DNA from: Histomonas meleagridis 2922-C6/04-290x
Taxonomy: Eukaryota > Protista > Parabasalia
Direction: 5' to 3'
DNA: 30,983 bases
Assembly (NCBI GenBank): GCA_020184695.1
Contig: JAANOX010000119.1
Span: forward strand, 1 to 30,983
Shown piece by piece: positions 17,526 to 26,574 of this stretch. The stretch's first letter is position 1; each line of letters starts with the position of its first letter. The notes below the pieces were generated by a model. It was not told the origin of the DNA. It worked only from the letters and a program-made list of their open reading frames with translations, and made no database searches. Position numbers and translations under genes: made by a program.

Positions 17526-19406
17526 ATGAACAAGCAGACAGATGATATATTTAAGAAAGTTTTCAATGAAATTAGTAGTAAAATAACAAGTTCAGCAAAG
17601 TTCCAACATAATGTTGTCGCTTCTCCTTATATGGGAAAAGAAAATAATTCAAATCAAAATGTAATGAAATCAACTACAAATTATGCTAAAACCCCAATGA
17701 AAAACATAACAACTCCAAAGTTTCATCATCAAGTCACAAGGGTACCAGTTACTCCTCAATTACCAAGAACCCAAATGCGTCAAAAAAATCGAACACCAAA
17801 TCCTGATGCAGATGTGCGTGTTTATTTAAGAATCAGACCTCTTCTTCCCAATGAAGAACCAGCTGATATTGAAGTAAAAGGAAATGAAGTATTAGCACGT
17901 CCACCACCTCGTGCCCAAAATTTCAAGCATTTTGCAGAACGAAGCTTTACATTTAGTGAAGTCTTTAATAGCGAAGCAACTCAAAGCGAAATCTTTGATA
18001 AAGTTGCAATGCCACTTCTTCGGCGATTTATGCATGATGTTGATGCGTTACTTTTTGCATATGGCACAACAAGTGCAGGAAAAACATATACTGTCCAAGG
18101 AACACCAAATGAACCCGGACTTATTCCAAGGATTGTTAAGACATTACTTGCAACAGCACCACCCAAAAACACTGAACGAGGACTTTTAATTTCATGTGTT
18201 GAAGTTTATAATGAGAAAATTATAGACTTATTTGGAGATACGACGAAAACACTTCGTATTGGAAAAGATGGATTTGGACAAACAACTGTTAAAGGTGCGA
18301 TTGAAAAAGAATGTAATTCAAATGAAGATTTAATGGAAATGCTTTCAAACATTGAATCTGTTCGCCGTCAATGTTCTACAAAATATAATGCACAAAGTTC
18401 ACGTTCACATTGTATATTTATGTTAAAACTTGTTACAATACCAATAATAAATGGTAAAAGAACAAAGGATTTAACCCAGATTAAATGTACAAGACTTTCT
18501 ATTGTTGATCTTGCAGGCTCAGAAAGGGTTTCACCATCCGAAACAAATTCACAAGTTGTTACAGAAGCTTGTAATATTAACAAATCAATGCTTGTTTTAG
18601 GAAGATGTATACGAGAAATACGTAAAGCTAACAAAGGAGGTTATGCTCAAATTCCATTTCGTGAATCAAAATTAACAGAACTATTCCGTGATTTCTTTGA
18701 GCCAGGAAACAAAGCTACAATGTCTGCCGTTATAGTTAATATATCACCATCAACAATTCAATTTGATGATACTTTATTTTCTTTACAATTTGCTGCAGAA
18801 GCAGTTGAATGTAATGTAAGAAATGGTGATGAAGATGATGAATATGATGATGATTTACCTATAGCTGCAATCAATTTTGATAATGAAGATGAAGATGATA
18901 GCAATAAGAAAATTAATGAATTAAAAATTAGAGAAGCAAAAATTAGACAAGAAATTCATGAAGAAATGGCAAGCAGAGTTAAAAAGATCCAAGATGATTA
19001 TCAAGCTCAAATCCAACAAATTAAGGCACAATCGGCTCAACCATATACTTCAAAGTTACAACAAGCTTTAGCTCAAAAAATGCAAATGGAAAGTAAAACT
19101 AAAGAACTTGAAGAATGTATTAAAGAAAGAGATAGAGAAAGACAAAGAGCAAATGAACTTGAAAAGGAAGTAGAACTAATGCGAGAAAAAATTGAAGAAA
19201 CTGAACAAATGTTAAATGAAGCAGTAAAGAAAAACACAATGCTTGAAAATAATATTATGAAAATGATCGACGCAACAAAAAAGCTGCATGAAAGACATTT
19301 ACAATCACAGAGTGAATTGGAAGATAAAATTGCTCAAATTGAAAAAATATGGCAACAAAAATTACAAGTGTTGGTAGAAGAAATTAAGAAGCTAAAGGGA
19401 GCATAA
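17526..19406 (+). CDS. Kinesin motor protein, kinesin-6 (MKLP/KIF20/23)-like, with C-terminal coiled coil
   Basis: P-loop AYGTTSAGKT, switch I NAQSSRSH, switch II DLAGSER, NINKSMLVLGRCI and PFRESKLT. The subfamily call rests on the G-x-T-x-[AS]-GKT and LGRCI signatures. The kinesin call is certain; the subfamily is less so. Confidence 0.9.
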   Translation: MNKQTDDIFKKVFNEISSKITSSAKFQHNVVASPYMGKENNSNQNVMKSTTNYAKTPMKNITTPKFHHQVTRVPVTPQLPRTQMRQKNRTPNPDADVRVYLRIRPLLPNEEPADIEVKGNEVLARPPPRAQNFKHFAERSFTFSEVFNSEATQSEIFDKVAMPLLRRFMHDVDALLFAYGTTSAGKTYTVQGTPNEPGLIPRIVKTLLATAPPKNTERGLLISCVEVYNEKIIDLFGDTTKTLRIGKDGFGQTTVKGAIEKECNSNEDLMEMLSNIESVRRQCSTKYNAQSSRSHCIFMLKLVTIPIINGKRTKDLTQIKCTRLSIVDLAGSERVSPSETNSQVVTEACNINKSMLVLGRCIREIRKANKGGYAQIPFRESKLTELFRDFFEPGNKATMSAVIVNISPSTIQFDDTLFSLQFAAEAVECNVRNGDEDDEYDDDLPIAAINFDNEDEDDSNKKINELKIREAKIRQEIHEEMASRVKKIQDDYQAQIQQIKAQSAQPYTSKLQQALAQKMQMESKTKELEECIKERDRERQRANELEKEVELMREKIEETEQMLNEAVKKNTMLENNIMKMIDATKKLHERHLQSQSELEDKIAQIEKIWQQKLQVLVEEIKKLKGA

Positions 19407-19825
19407 ATATGGTGTAATATGTAAACTTATTTGAATTTTCGATTTTAATTATCACAATTTTGCTACATATAAAAGACATTGTTTATAAAATTAGATCATT
19501 TTATTGTTAATTTGTTTATATTTAAAAGAACATCCAAAATTTGAAATTGATCAAGTATTATACATAGAAAAACAATTTTACACATCAATCATTGTGTAAT
19601 TCAAAATAATATAAATGAAAAAGTGCTACGAAATAAACGTTTTCATATTCAAATCCTTAATGAAGGGAAAATGGAAAAATAAATCATAAATGAATGAGAA
19701 GCACTTACTTTTATCAAAAACAAGTTTTTTAGTATCAAATATAATTCTATAACAATTTTGAAAAAAAGGAAACACTTGAAGAAAGTTGCTTGTTTATTTA
19801 AAAAGTGCTTATTATTTGGACAAAA

Positions 19826-21907
19826 ATGGAGCACAAGATTGAACAGTATCACATTAAAGAAAAGCCCCCAGTCCAAAACTACAGCGCTAAGAATCCACAG
19901 CTCGAACCTTATTCACACAGAATTTGTTATCATGAAGATTTTATATATTTCATGGCAAATGGAAAATTGTATTTTTTAAATTTACAAAATCAACAAAACC
20001 AGCAATACAAATGGCAAGTCGATAATGTTGTTCCTTTTTCAATGCGATATGGGCAATCTATGACAGCGTCCTCTCAAGGAATAGTTTTCTTTGGCGGATA
20101 CGAAATGCCAGATGTTTATTATAATGACATTTGGATTTTTAATAAGGACACTAAGTTTAAATGGTCATATATTGTATGTGATATTCCACCAAGAGCGTTT
20201 CATGCAGCTACATCAACTAATTCTGGAACCAATATTGTTATATCTGGTGGGAAACATAAAGACAAAATATTTGATGATTTTTATATCTTAAATCTAGAAA
20301 CGCAATCAGTGCAAAAAGTTGAATTTAGCATCAACTTTCCATTTTACAACCATTCAATGGTACCCGTTTCAAAAAGTGAAATTTGTTTACTCGGCGGTTT
20401 TAACATCTCAGAAAAGTCCAATTTTGAAATCTATCGAATCAACACCGAAACCAAAGCGATCGACTTACTTGACACAGAATATCATAACCAATATTTAAAT
20501 TTTTCCAATTGTTCATATTGTTTTGACCTCTTATTCACGACACCCGGTATTATATCAAAGCAACAAAATTCTCAAGATTATAATAATGTAATGATGTTTC
20601 ACTTTGAACATAAGACTTGGATACCATTAAACTTATCAATGTTTCCAGACTTTAATCCATATTTTGTATATCAAAACATTCATCAGCCCAATTATCTCTT
20701 TATAATTAATCAACAACTTTCGACTCTTATACGTTATATGATATTTTCGAAACCGAATTTTATATTTTCTGCTGATCATTTAGATTACACAACATTTTTA
20801 CGGAACTCATTGATATATGCAAACCATAGATTCTCTCGTGTTAATTCACAATACACAAATCAAATCCGTGACGAAAAAAGAATCATTGAAGAGACCAAAG
20901 GAAAATTAAGTAAATTAGTTATCGACAATGATTTAATTACTTCTGATGAAATCGAGTCAATACACTCTGATAAGAATAGTCTCGAAGCAGCAAAATCAAT
21001 TGAAGCTAAATCGCTCGAAATAGCAAAAAAAGTTATTCAAAAAAGTGAAAAAGCAAAAAGTGACGAAAATATCGAAAACATTGATTTGCACCAAACGATT
21101 TCGTCAATGTTAACCAAAAAACAAGAATATAAGGAAACAATTAATAACCTTACAAAAGAGGCTGAAATGTTATCCGAAAAGATTGCAAAAATTTCGTTTT
21201 TTTCTGCGTCATTCGCAAATCATAAAATTCCTTCAACACAAACAAATCAAACATTTTGCGCTTCACAACAAATCGCAAGTAAAATCAAAAATATAAAATC
21301 AGAAATAGCAAAATTGGAATCGATATATCAACAAAAAAATAAAGAAAATCAAAACGTGAAAAACAGTATATTAAATAATTATGATCAAATTTGGCAAGTA
21401 CAAAAATTTATTAACAACACAACACATAAAATATGCGATTTAAAGCATAAATATTTTTCTACATTAAGAAATCTATTCGAATTACGTGTATCTGAACTGA
21501 AGACTAAATCAATTGATGATAAAATGAAAGCAATCACACTTGACTCAATCACTATACCCGAAAAAATGAAGAAAACTAGCGCTTTAATCCAAGAAAAAAT
21601 TGGTATTATCAACGAGATTAATGATTCATTAGATGCTTTAATGACCACATCAAAAGGTTGCGACGCATTTGCTATCGATCGTGTAAACCGTTCAATTCAG
21701 GCGCTAGAAAGTTGGACGGTTTCTTCAATCAAAATTTTGCCATCAAATAATTCACTCAAACCGCTAATTTTACGTAGAGTAAAGAAAAGTAGCGGAAGAG
21801 GAAGCAGAGCTGAAAGATCAATCCCTCCGCCTGCTCCTGAAACAAGATTTGTTAAAAGAACTCCACCTTCATCAATTAATATGACTTCGTTAGTAAAATG
21901 TAATTGA
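19826..21907 (+). CDS. Kelch-repeat protein with C-terminal coiled coil
   Basis: First ATG at 19826. Kelch motifs RYGQSM..IVFFGGY..YYNDIW, PPRAFHAA..IVISGG..IFDDFY and FYNHSM..ICLLGGF. The C-terminal half is K/E/Q-rich heptads with a Pro-rich tail. Confidence 0.85.
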   Translation: MEHKIEQYHIKEKPPVQNYSAKNPQLEPYSHRICYHEDFIYFMANGKLYFLNLQNQQNQQYKWQVDNVVPFSMRYGQSMTASSQGIVFFGGYEMPDVYYNDIWIFNKDTKFKWSYIVCDIPPRAFHAATSTNSGTNIVISGGKHKDKIFDDFYILNLETQSVQKVEFSINFPFYNHSMVPVSKSEICLLGGFNISEKSNFEIYRINTETKAIDLLDTEYHNQYLNFSNCSYCFDLLFTTPGIISKQQNSQDYNNVMMFHFEHKTWIPLNLSMFPDFNPYFVYQNIHQPNYLFIINQQLSTLIRYMIFSKPNFIFSADHLDYTTFLRNSLIYANHRFSRVNSQYTNQIRDEKRIIEETKGKLSKLVIDNDLITSDEIESIHSDKNSLEAAKSIEAKSLEIAKKVIQKSEKAKSDENIENIDLHQTISSMLTKKQEYKETINNLTKEAEMLSEKIAKISFFSASFANHKIPSTQTNQTFCASQQIASKIKNIKSEIAKLESIYQQKNKENQNVKNSILNNYDQIWQVQKFINNTTHKICDLKHKYFSTLRNLFELRVSELKTKSIDDKMKAITLDSITIPEKMKKTSALIQEKIGIINEINDSLDALMTTSKGCDAFAIDRVNRSIQALESWTVSSIKILPSNNSLKPLILRRVKKSSGRGSRAERSIPPPAPETRFVKRTPPSSINMTSLVKCN

Positions 21908-22193
21908 AATTGCTTTACTGAAAATAAAGAAAATGCTAATCATCATTAAATATTTTATATCTGATGAAGAAAGTTATTAAATGCTCTTAACATGTGCAAA
22001 ATAATTTTTTTGATTCATTCTATTGTTCATTGACATGAAAATTTTTTTGAAATCTTCTTGAAACAGACATAAAATTTATTATAAGTATTCATAAAAAATT
22101 GAGTAAATAAACTTAAAACGAAAAATATCTTCCAGTCAAAGTCAAAACAACGAAAAGAAACATTTATCAAAACTCAAAATTTATATAAAACAT

Positions 22194-22597
22194 ATGCCAT
22201 CTTTGGGAGTCTTAAAAATCATCATAATAACAATCAATTGTTTTATTTTCTGTCTGATTAATGGATTGTAATGCTTATTGCGAGCTAAAGAAATACCTCA
22301 TTCATTTTATAAAAATCTGATATATCAGTGTTTATTATATTTTTATGTATTTTTACTTATTATAACACTTATATTGGGAATTATTTTTAACATCATCAAC
22401 AAACACCATTAATTTATGGATATATTTCAGTTTGAATTTTTACAATGTTCACATTATTGGATTTTGGTTTTATGGCTATTTTGTATGAGGAAAATTTACT
22501 CGTAATATTTGGTGATAAGTGGAAAAAAGTAGAATATTTGATTGTTGTTCTAGGTATAGAAAGAAAATTAAAATGCTCTGACTTTTGGATTCTTTAA
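22194..22597 (+). pseudogene. Tetraspanin-like membrane-protein remnant
   Basis: ATG at 22194, then three hydrophobic segments interrupted by TAA, one frameshift and TGA. It ends ...GDKWKKVEYLIVVLGIERKLKCSDF, which resembles the tetraspanin EC2 IE..LKCCGF motif. Confidence 0.35.
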
Positions 22598-22599
22598 CT

Positions 22600-23260
22600 C
22601 CAACTTATGAAGGACATTTTAGAAATTTCAGACCATTTTGTCGTGATCAGAGTCTAAATGCTTTGATCTCAATAGCTTCTTTTGTTACTATGTAGCTCAT
22701 GTTATTACAGAGGTTCAGTGATACCCATTCACTTCTGGGTGCTTGGGCGCCCATCTGCGAGCATGAATATGGTTCCGGAAAATATCAGTTGGACAGTACG
22801 CCCACATTCATTCAAACAAGTGTGTTCAGAAGTTCATCTTCTAGAAGTGAGATTCTTCAATACAGTTGATTTTTAGTTCGTTTATTGAATGAACTCTGCT
22901 TTGTTCGATAATTATATATGACCTAAATAACTCAAATGTACACAATCCTGTTATTTTAATTAAATGTACCCATTTTCTTAGAGATGACTTGAAAAGACCT
23001 TCTTCGAATAAGTGCTTCTGTTCGTTTCCCTTCAGTGCACCAGTGTTCTTTGTTTGAGTTATGCCACCTTTGGAATTAATTTGGTACTTTATCTTTGTAT
23101 CTACTGATTGACTAACAAGATTCTGTTCTTCAATATTCAGTTCTCTTGTGACAAAGTTCCGAGAATTGTTATTAATTCACGAACCTGATCATGATCTGTT
23201 TATCCATAATGATGATTTTTTGGGCTGCGCTAAAATGACGTAAAATAAAATCATCCACGT
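22600..23260 (-). pseudogene. Frameshifted divergent 14-3-3-like gene (may be sequencing error)
   Basis: Motifs appear in correct order across frames: MDK/TDHDQVREL, ELNIEEQNLVSQS (23105-23143; cf. ELTVEERNLLSVA), YRT[K]AEF (22891-22910; cf. GDYYRYLAEF), PKHPEVNG/VSLNLC (22736-22747; cf. PTHPIRLGLALNFS). Confidence 0.5.
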
Positions 23261-23499
23261 CCGTTGTGATTAAGCCGCAAACGTAGACTCGGTTTCTCGG
23301 TTTAATTATATTTTAAATATAATTGAAGTCATTAGGACCTACGGAAAATCAAATAATGCCTTTTTGCTTTTCGTATCATTATCAAAGTTCTTGTGAATAT
23401 TAACATCTTATTGATGTTATTAATATTGAAATATATTCTTGATCGTTTTTGGTTTTATTCTTCATAGCCACACCACATGTGTCTTCTGTTTGAAAACTG

Positions 23500-24436
23500 A
23501 ATTAGGGATGGCAGTTCCCGAGGAAGAGTGACGGGCTGCCTGAGCGATTACAGTTGACAATGTTTTCACACTCTGCTTCTTCAAGAGTTGGATTTTATAC
23601 GCTTTCTTTTGGATTGAGTGATGATATAGAAAGCCTGATTCAACGTTAGTTCTCTACTTTAATTTGTTGTTTAATTCTTTATGAATATACTTCAAATGAT
23701 TCTGGAAACATGCCACCAACATTTCAGACAGCATTTCTGATTCAGAAACTATGTTTTATTATTGTTTCTTGGAGGCTGACCTACTCTGTTGCCCTCGAAC
23801 CGAGGTCATGGGTGCTCTCATTTTGTTACTCTTGGTTAGAAAAAGCATCCATTGACTGAATCAGATAACATTCTTGAACCGGATTTGGTTGTAGCTAAAC
23901 AGACCACAGTCCCAGCTGGGGTGGTTATTTGTGGGTTATTGTTTTGGAGGCTGATCTCATGCTATGTTTAGAATTTATGGTTTACAATTAAGTTTCAATT
24001 AACCATGTTTATATGGGTTTTTCATTCTTTATTTTTTTATTCTGATATGTTATGGAATTATTGGAACATATCCCAATATTTGTTTTTTTTTCCAATTTGT
24101 TAATAGCTTTTTGTTTTCTTATCTTCTCTTTGATAACCTTTCGGTTCCAACTAACATTAGTCAGTAAGAACATAACTATATGTTTGAGATCAGTTTAAAA
24201 GGAAAAAGCACTCTGAGTATGACAATGGGTGCTTGAGGAATTTCGGAGAAGTTTGTGCTCCTAGAAAGTATTTACCGCTTTGGATTCTTCCAATACCTCT
24301 TCCGCATACTGTTGATGGATTTTCTTTTAGACCGAATGAGGGTGTTGAAGAATCAGATTCGGACGACAGAATGGATGAGAATGAGTTGTTGAACAAATTC
24401 TTATTCAATGATATTAATAATAGAACAATTTTATAA
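23500..24436 (+). pseudogene. Frameshifted DHHC palmitoyltransferase-like gene (may be sequencing error); 5' boundary approximate
   Basis: C-terminal EYDNGCLRNFGEVC...LWILPIP (24215 onward; cf. PYDxG..NFxEVF...WxLP). Upstream LVSKNIT..E (TTxE-like), FFIFLF*Y, and a corrupted C..CVL.DHHC-like stretch near 23930-23965. Confidence 0.5.
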
Positions 24437-24643
24437 AATTCATAAACATTGTGTTACATTAAAAATATATTCAATGTTTTCATGTGAGATGTACAAATAA
24501 ATGAGTATTTGGCTTTGCTTTCATTGTAAGTTTAAATTTGATTTTGCAACACGATTTGTTCGTTAACGGTTTGTTGGTATTGAATCGTTTACATACTGTA
24601 CGTTTAGAGCATACAAATCATACATTCACTCTCCATTACAGAG

Positions 24644-26397
24644 ATGTCGCTTAATGACAGTACTATTGGTCGACCTTCAATTAATAATAATAATAACCAA
24701 AACAACAAAGAATTATCTATAATTTCAAAACAAAAAGCGAAAAATCAAAATAATCAAACATTAAATCTAGGAGAATCAGATGACAGAATCAAAGTATTTT
24801 TAAGAATGAGACCATTATTGCCAGGTGAAAAAGCAATGGATTTCCAAATTGAAGATCAAACTATAACAATTCGTCCATCACGTGGATCTTCTTATTTCTG
24901 TGTAGATAAATCATACTCATTCCGGAAAATTTTGGACAAAGATACATCGCAAGTGTATTTGAAGATATCGCCCTTCCATTATTATCGGATTTTCTTTGAA
25001 GGAAATGATGTTCTTGATGCTATGGATGTACCAATGCAGGAAAACATTTACAATAACTGGAACTAATGAAAAGCTGGTCTTATACAAAGAACAATGAATT
25101 TTATTGTACCACAAATTATATCATCTTCTGAAAAAACTAAAAGCCCAAAACTTACATCATCTTACATCGAAATATATAATGAAAAAGTATATGATCTATT
25201 AAGTACCGCCATAAAAATCAGAACATCAAAACTCATGAACGATAAAGATGGAACATCATTATTAAATCAGCAATTGAATTTCCTATTGAATCATTGAAGA
25301 TGTTTTCAGCTTTACTTGAAAAAGGAGAGAATGGAAGACATCGATGGAGTTACAGAACTCTAATTGGCGATAGTTCCACGATCTGCATGCTATTCCACCA
25401 GGTTAAAGGTAACATGTGCTAAAAGTACAGTTTTCTTTCTCATTCAATTATTGATCTTGCTGGCTGTCGACGAAGGATTTCAGTAGTAAATACCATGGCA
25501 GGTTGCCAGCGTAGGAGGCATGCAACATTAACAAGTCTAATGTTATCACTAGGGAAATGTATTAGACTCCCTTAAAAGAGAAGCAGGAACAAAAAGAGCG
25601 CCTATTCCATACCGTGAATCGAAACTAACATATTTATTTAAAACATTTTCAGGCAACAAAGGAGTTCCTGCCAAAGCTGCAATGATTGTTAATGTTTCAC
25701 GTCATTAACACAAATCGAAGATACTATTTTTGCATTACATTTTGCTGCTGAAGCTTCACGATGTTGCTGTGCGTCAAGTATCGACGACCTGAAACAGATA
25801 TCGTGTTCATGCAGACCCTAAAAGCAGTTCCTGTATCGAAAGAATTGAAATCGTAATGAAACGGAAGAAGGAAATAAAAGCAAAGCTGAGATCAGTTTAC
25901 AAAAGAAATGGAACAATATATTATGGAAAAGAGAGACAATATAAACGACAAATGGGAAACATTTAATTCGAGTTTGTCAAAGTATATTTACCCAAAGTAG
26001 ATTTGAATCTTCTTCTTTTATGGATAATTCTATTCCACTTGAAGAATTGTATAATAATATCAGCGAAAAGAAAGAATACTGTGCAAAGTACAAAGGCTGT
26101 CAATACGATTCAGAGAAGAAGAGAGAGTAATGGATGAACTAGAGCAAAGAAGAACTATATAAAATTAGACAAGAAAATGAAAAATATTAACAGAAAATGA
26201 AATGTACAGAAATGGAAATACAGATGATATATCATAAGTAGAAATTTACAGAGGTTCAAAGAAAAAGCTCGTGCAACAATACTTCAAATCTGTAAAGTTT
26301 GGGGTTGCACACAAGAAGATCAAAAGGTCTGTCAAAACTAATAATGAAAACTTCCTCCAGAATGACATACTTCCGAAATCTATTCTCAAAGCCTAAA
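24644..26397 (+). pseudogene. Second kinesin-6-like gene, multiply frameshifted (may be sequencing error)
   Basis: IKVFLRMRPLLP, YGCTNAGK (25021-25044), SYIEIYNEKVYDLL, SIIDLAG, EACNINKS, PIPYRESKLTYLF, AMIVNVS and TIFALHFAAEA are collinear with the 17526-19406 kinesin. A coiled-coil-like tail follows. Inr TCACT at 24626. Confidence 0.85.
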
Positions 26398-26574
26398 TCA
26401 TCACAAACACCATTAATATTCACCTTAATTTTTTTTTAGTAAAGTCAATTATATTAATTTAATACTTTTACAATGATCATTTATACTAAGTTCAAATCAT
26501 CATCCTAAAATTGAATTTATTATACTCATTCAAAGAGACAATTTAGTTAAATTTAAATCTTTTTATGTGAATAT

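Noticed and set aside
3559-19825. Track starts at 3559, 8567 and 19805 (TTG/GTG)
   Set aside because: This is eukaryotic DNA. In-frame ATGs at 3688, 8594 and 19826 fit domain boundaries better, and for 8594 also the Inr position.
3696-21648. Numerous 60-160 aa ORFs nested in or antisense to the main genes (e.g. 3696, 4194, 9821, 10742, 10842, 12342, 17911, 18368, 21385)
   Set aside because: They are shadow frames of real coding sequence with no independent motifs.
3266-24170. ACTAAC branch-point-like strings (3266, 24151) as trichomonad introns
   Set aside because: Spacing to AG does not match the conserved ACTAAC-N4-AG 3' motif, no matching 5' splice site is evident, and the 3266 site is antisense within an uninterrupted ORF.
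14458-26397. A functional cytokinesis/abscission cluster (Vta1, two kinesin-6, 14-3-3)
   Set aside because: These genes are interspersed with unrelated ones on both strands and each has its own promoter motifs. Co-location is explainable by chance without co-expression or synteny data.
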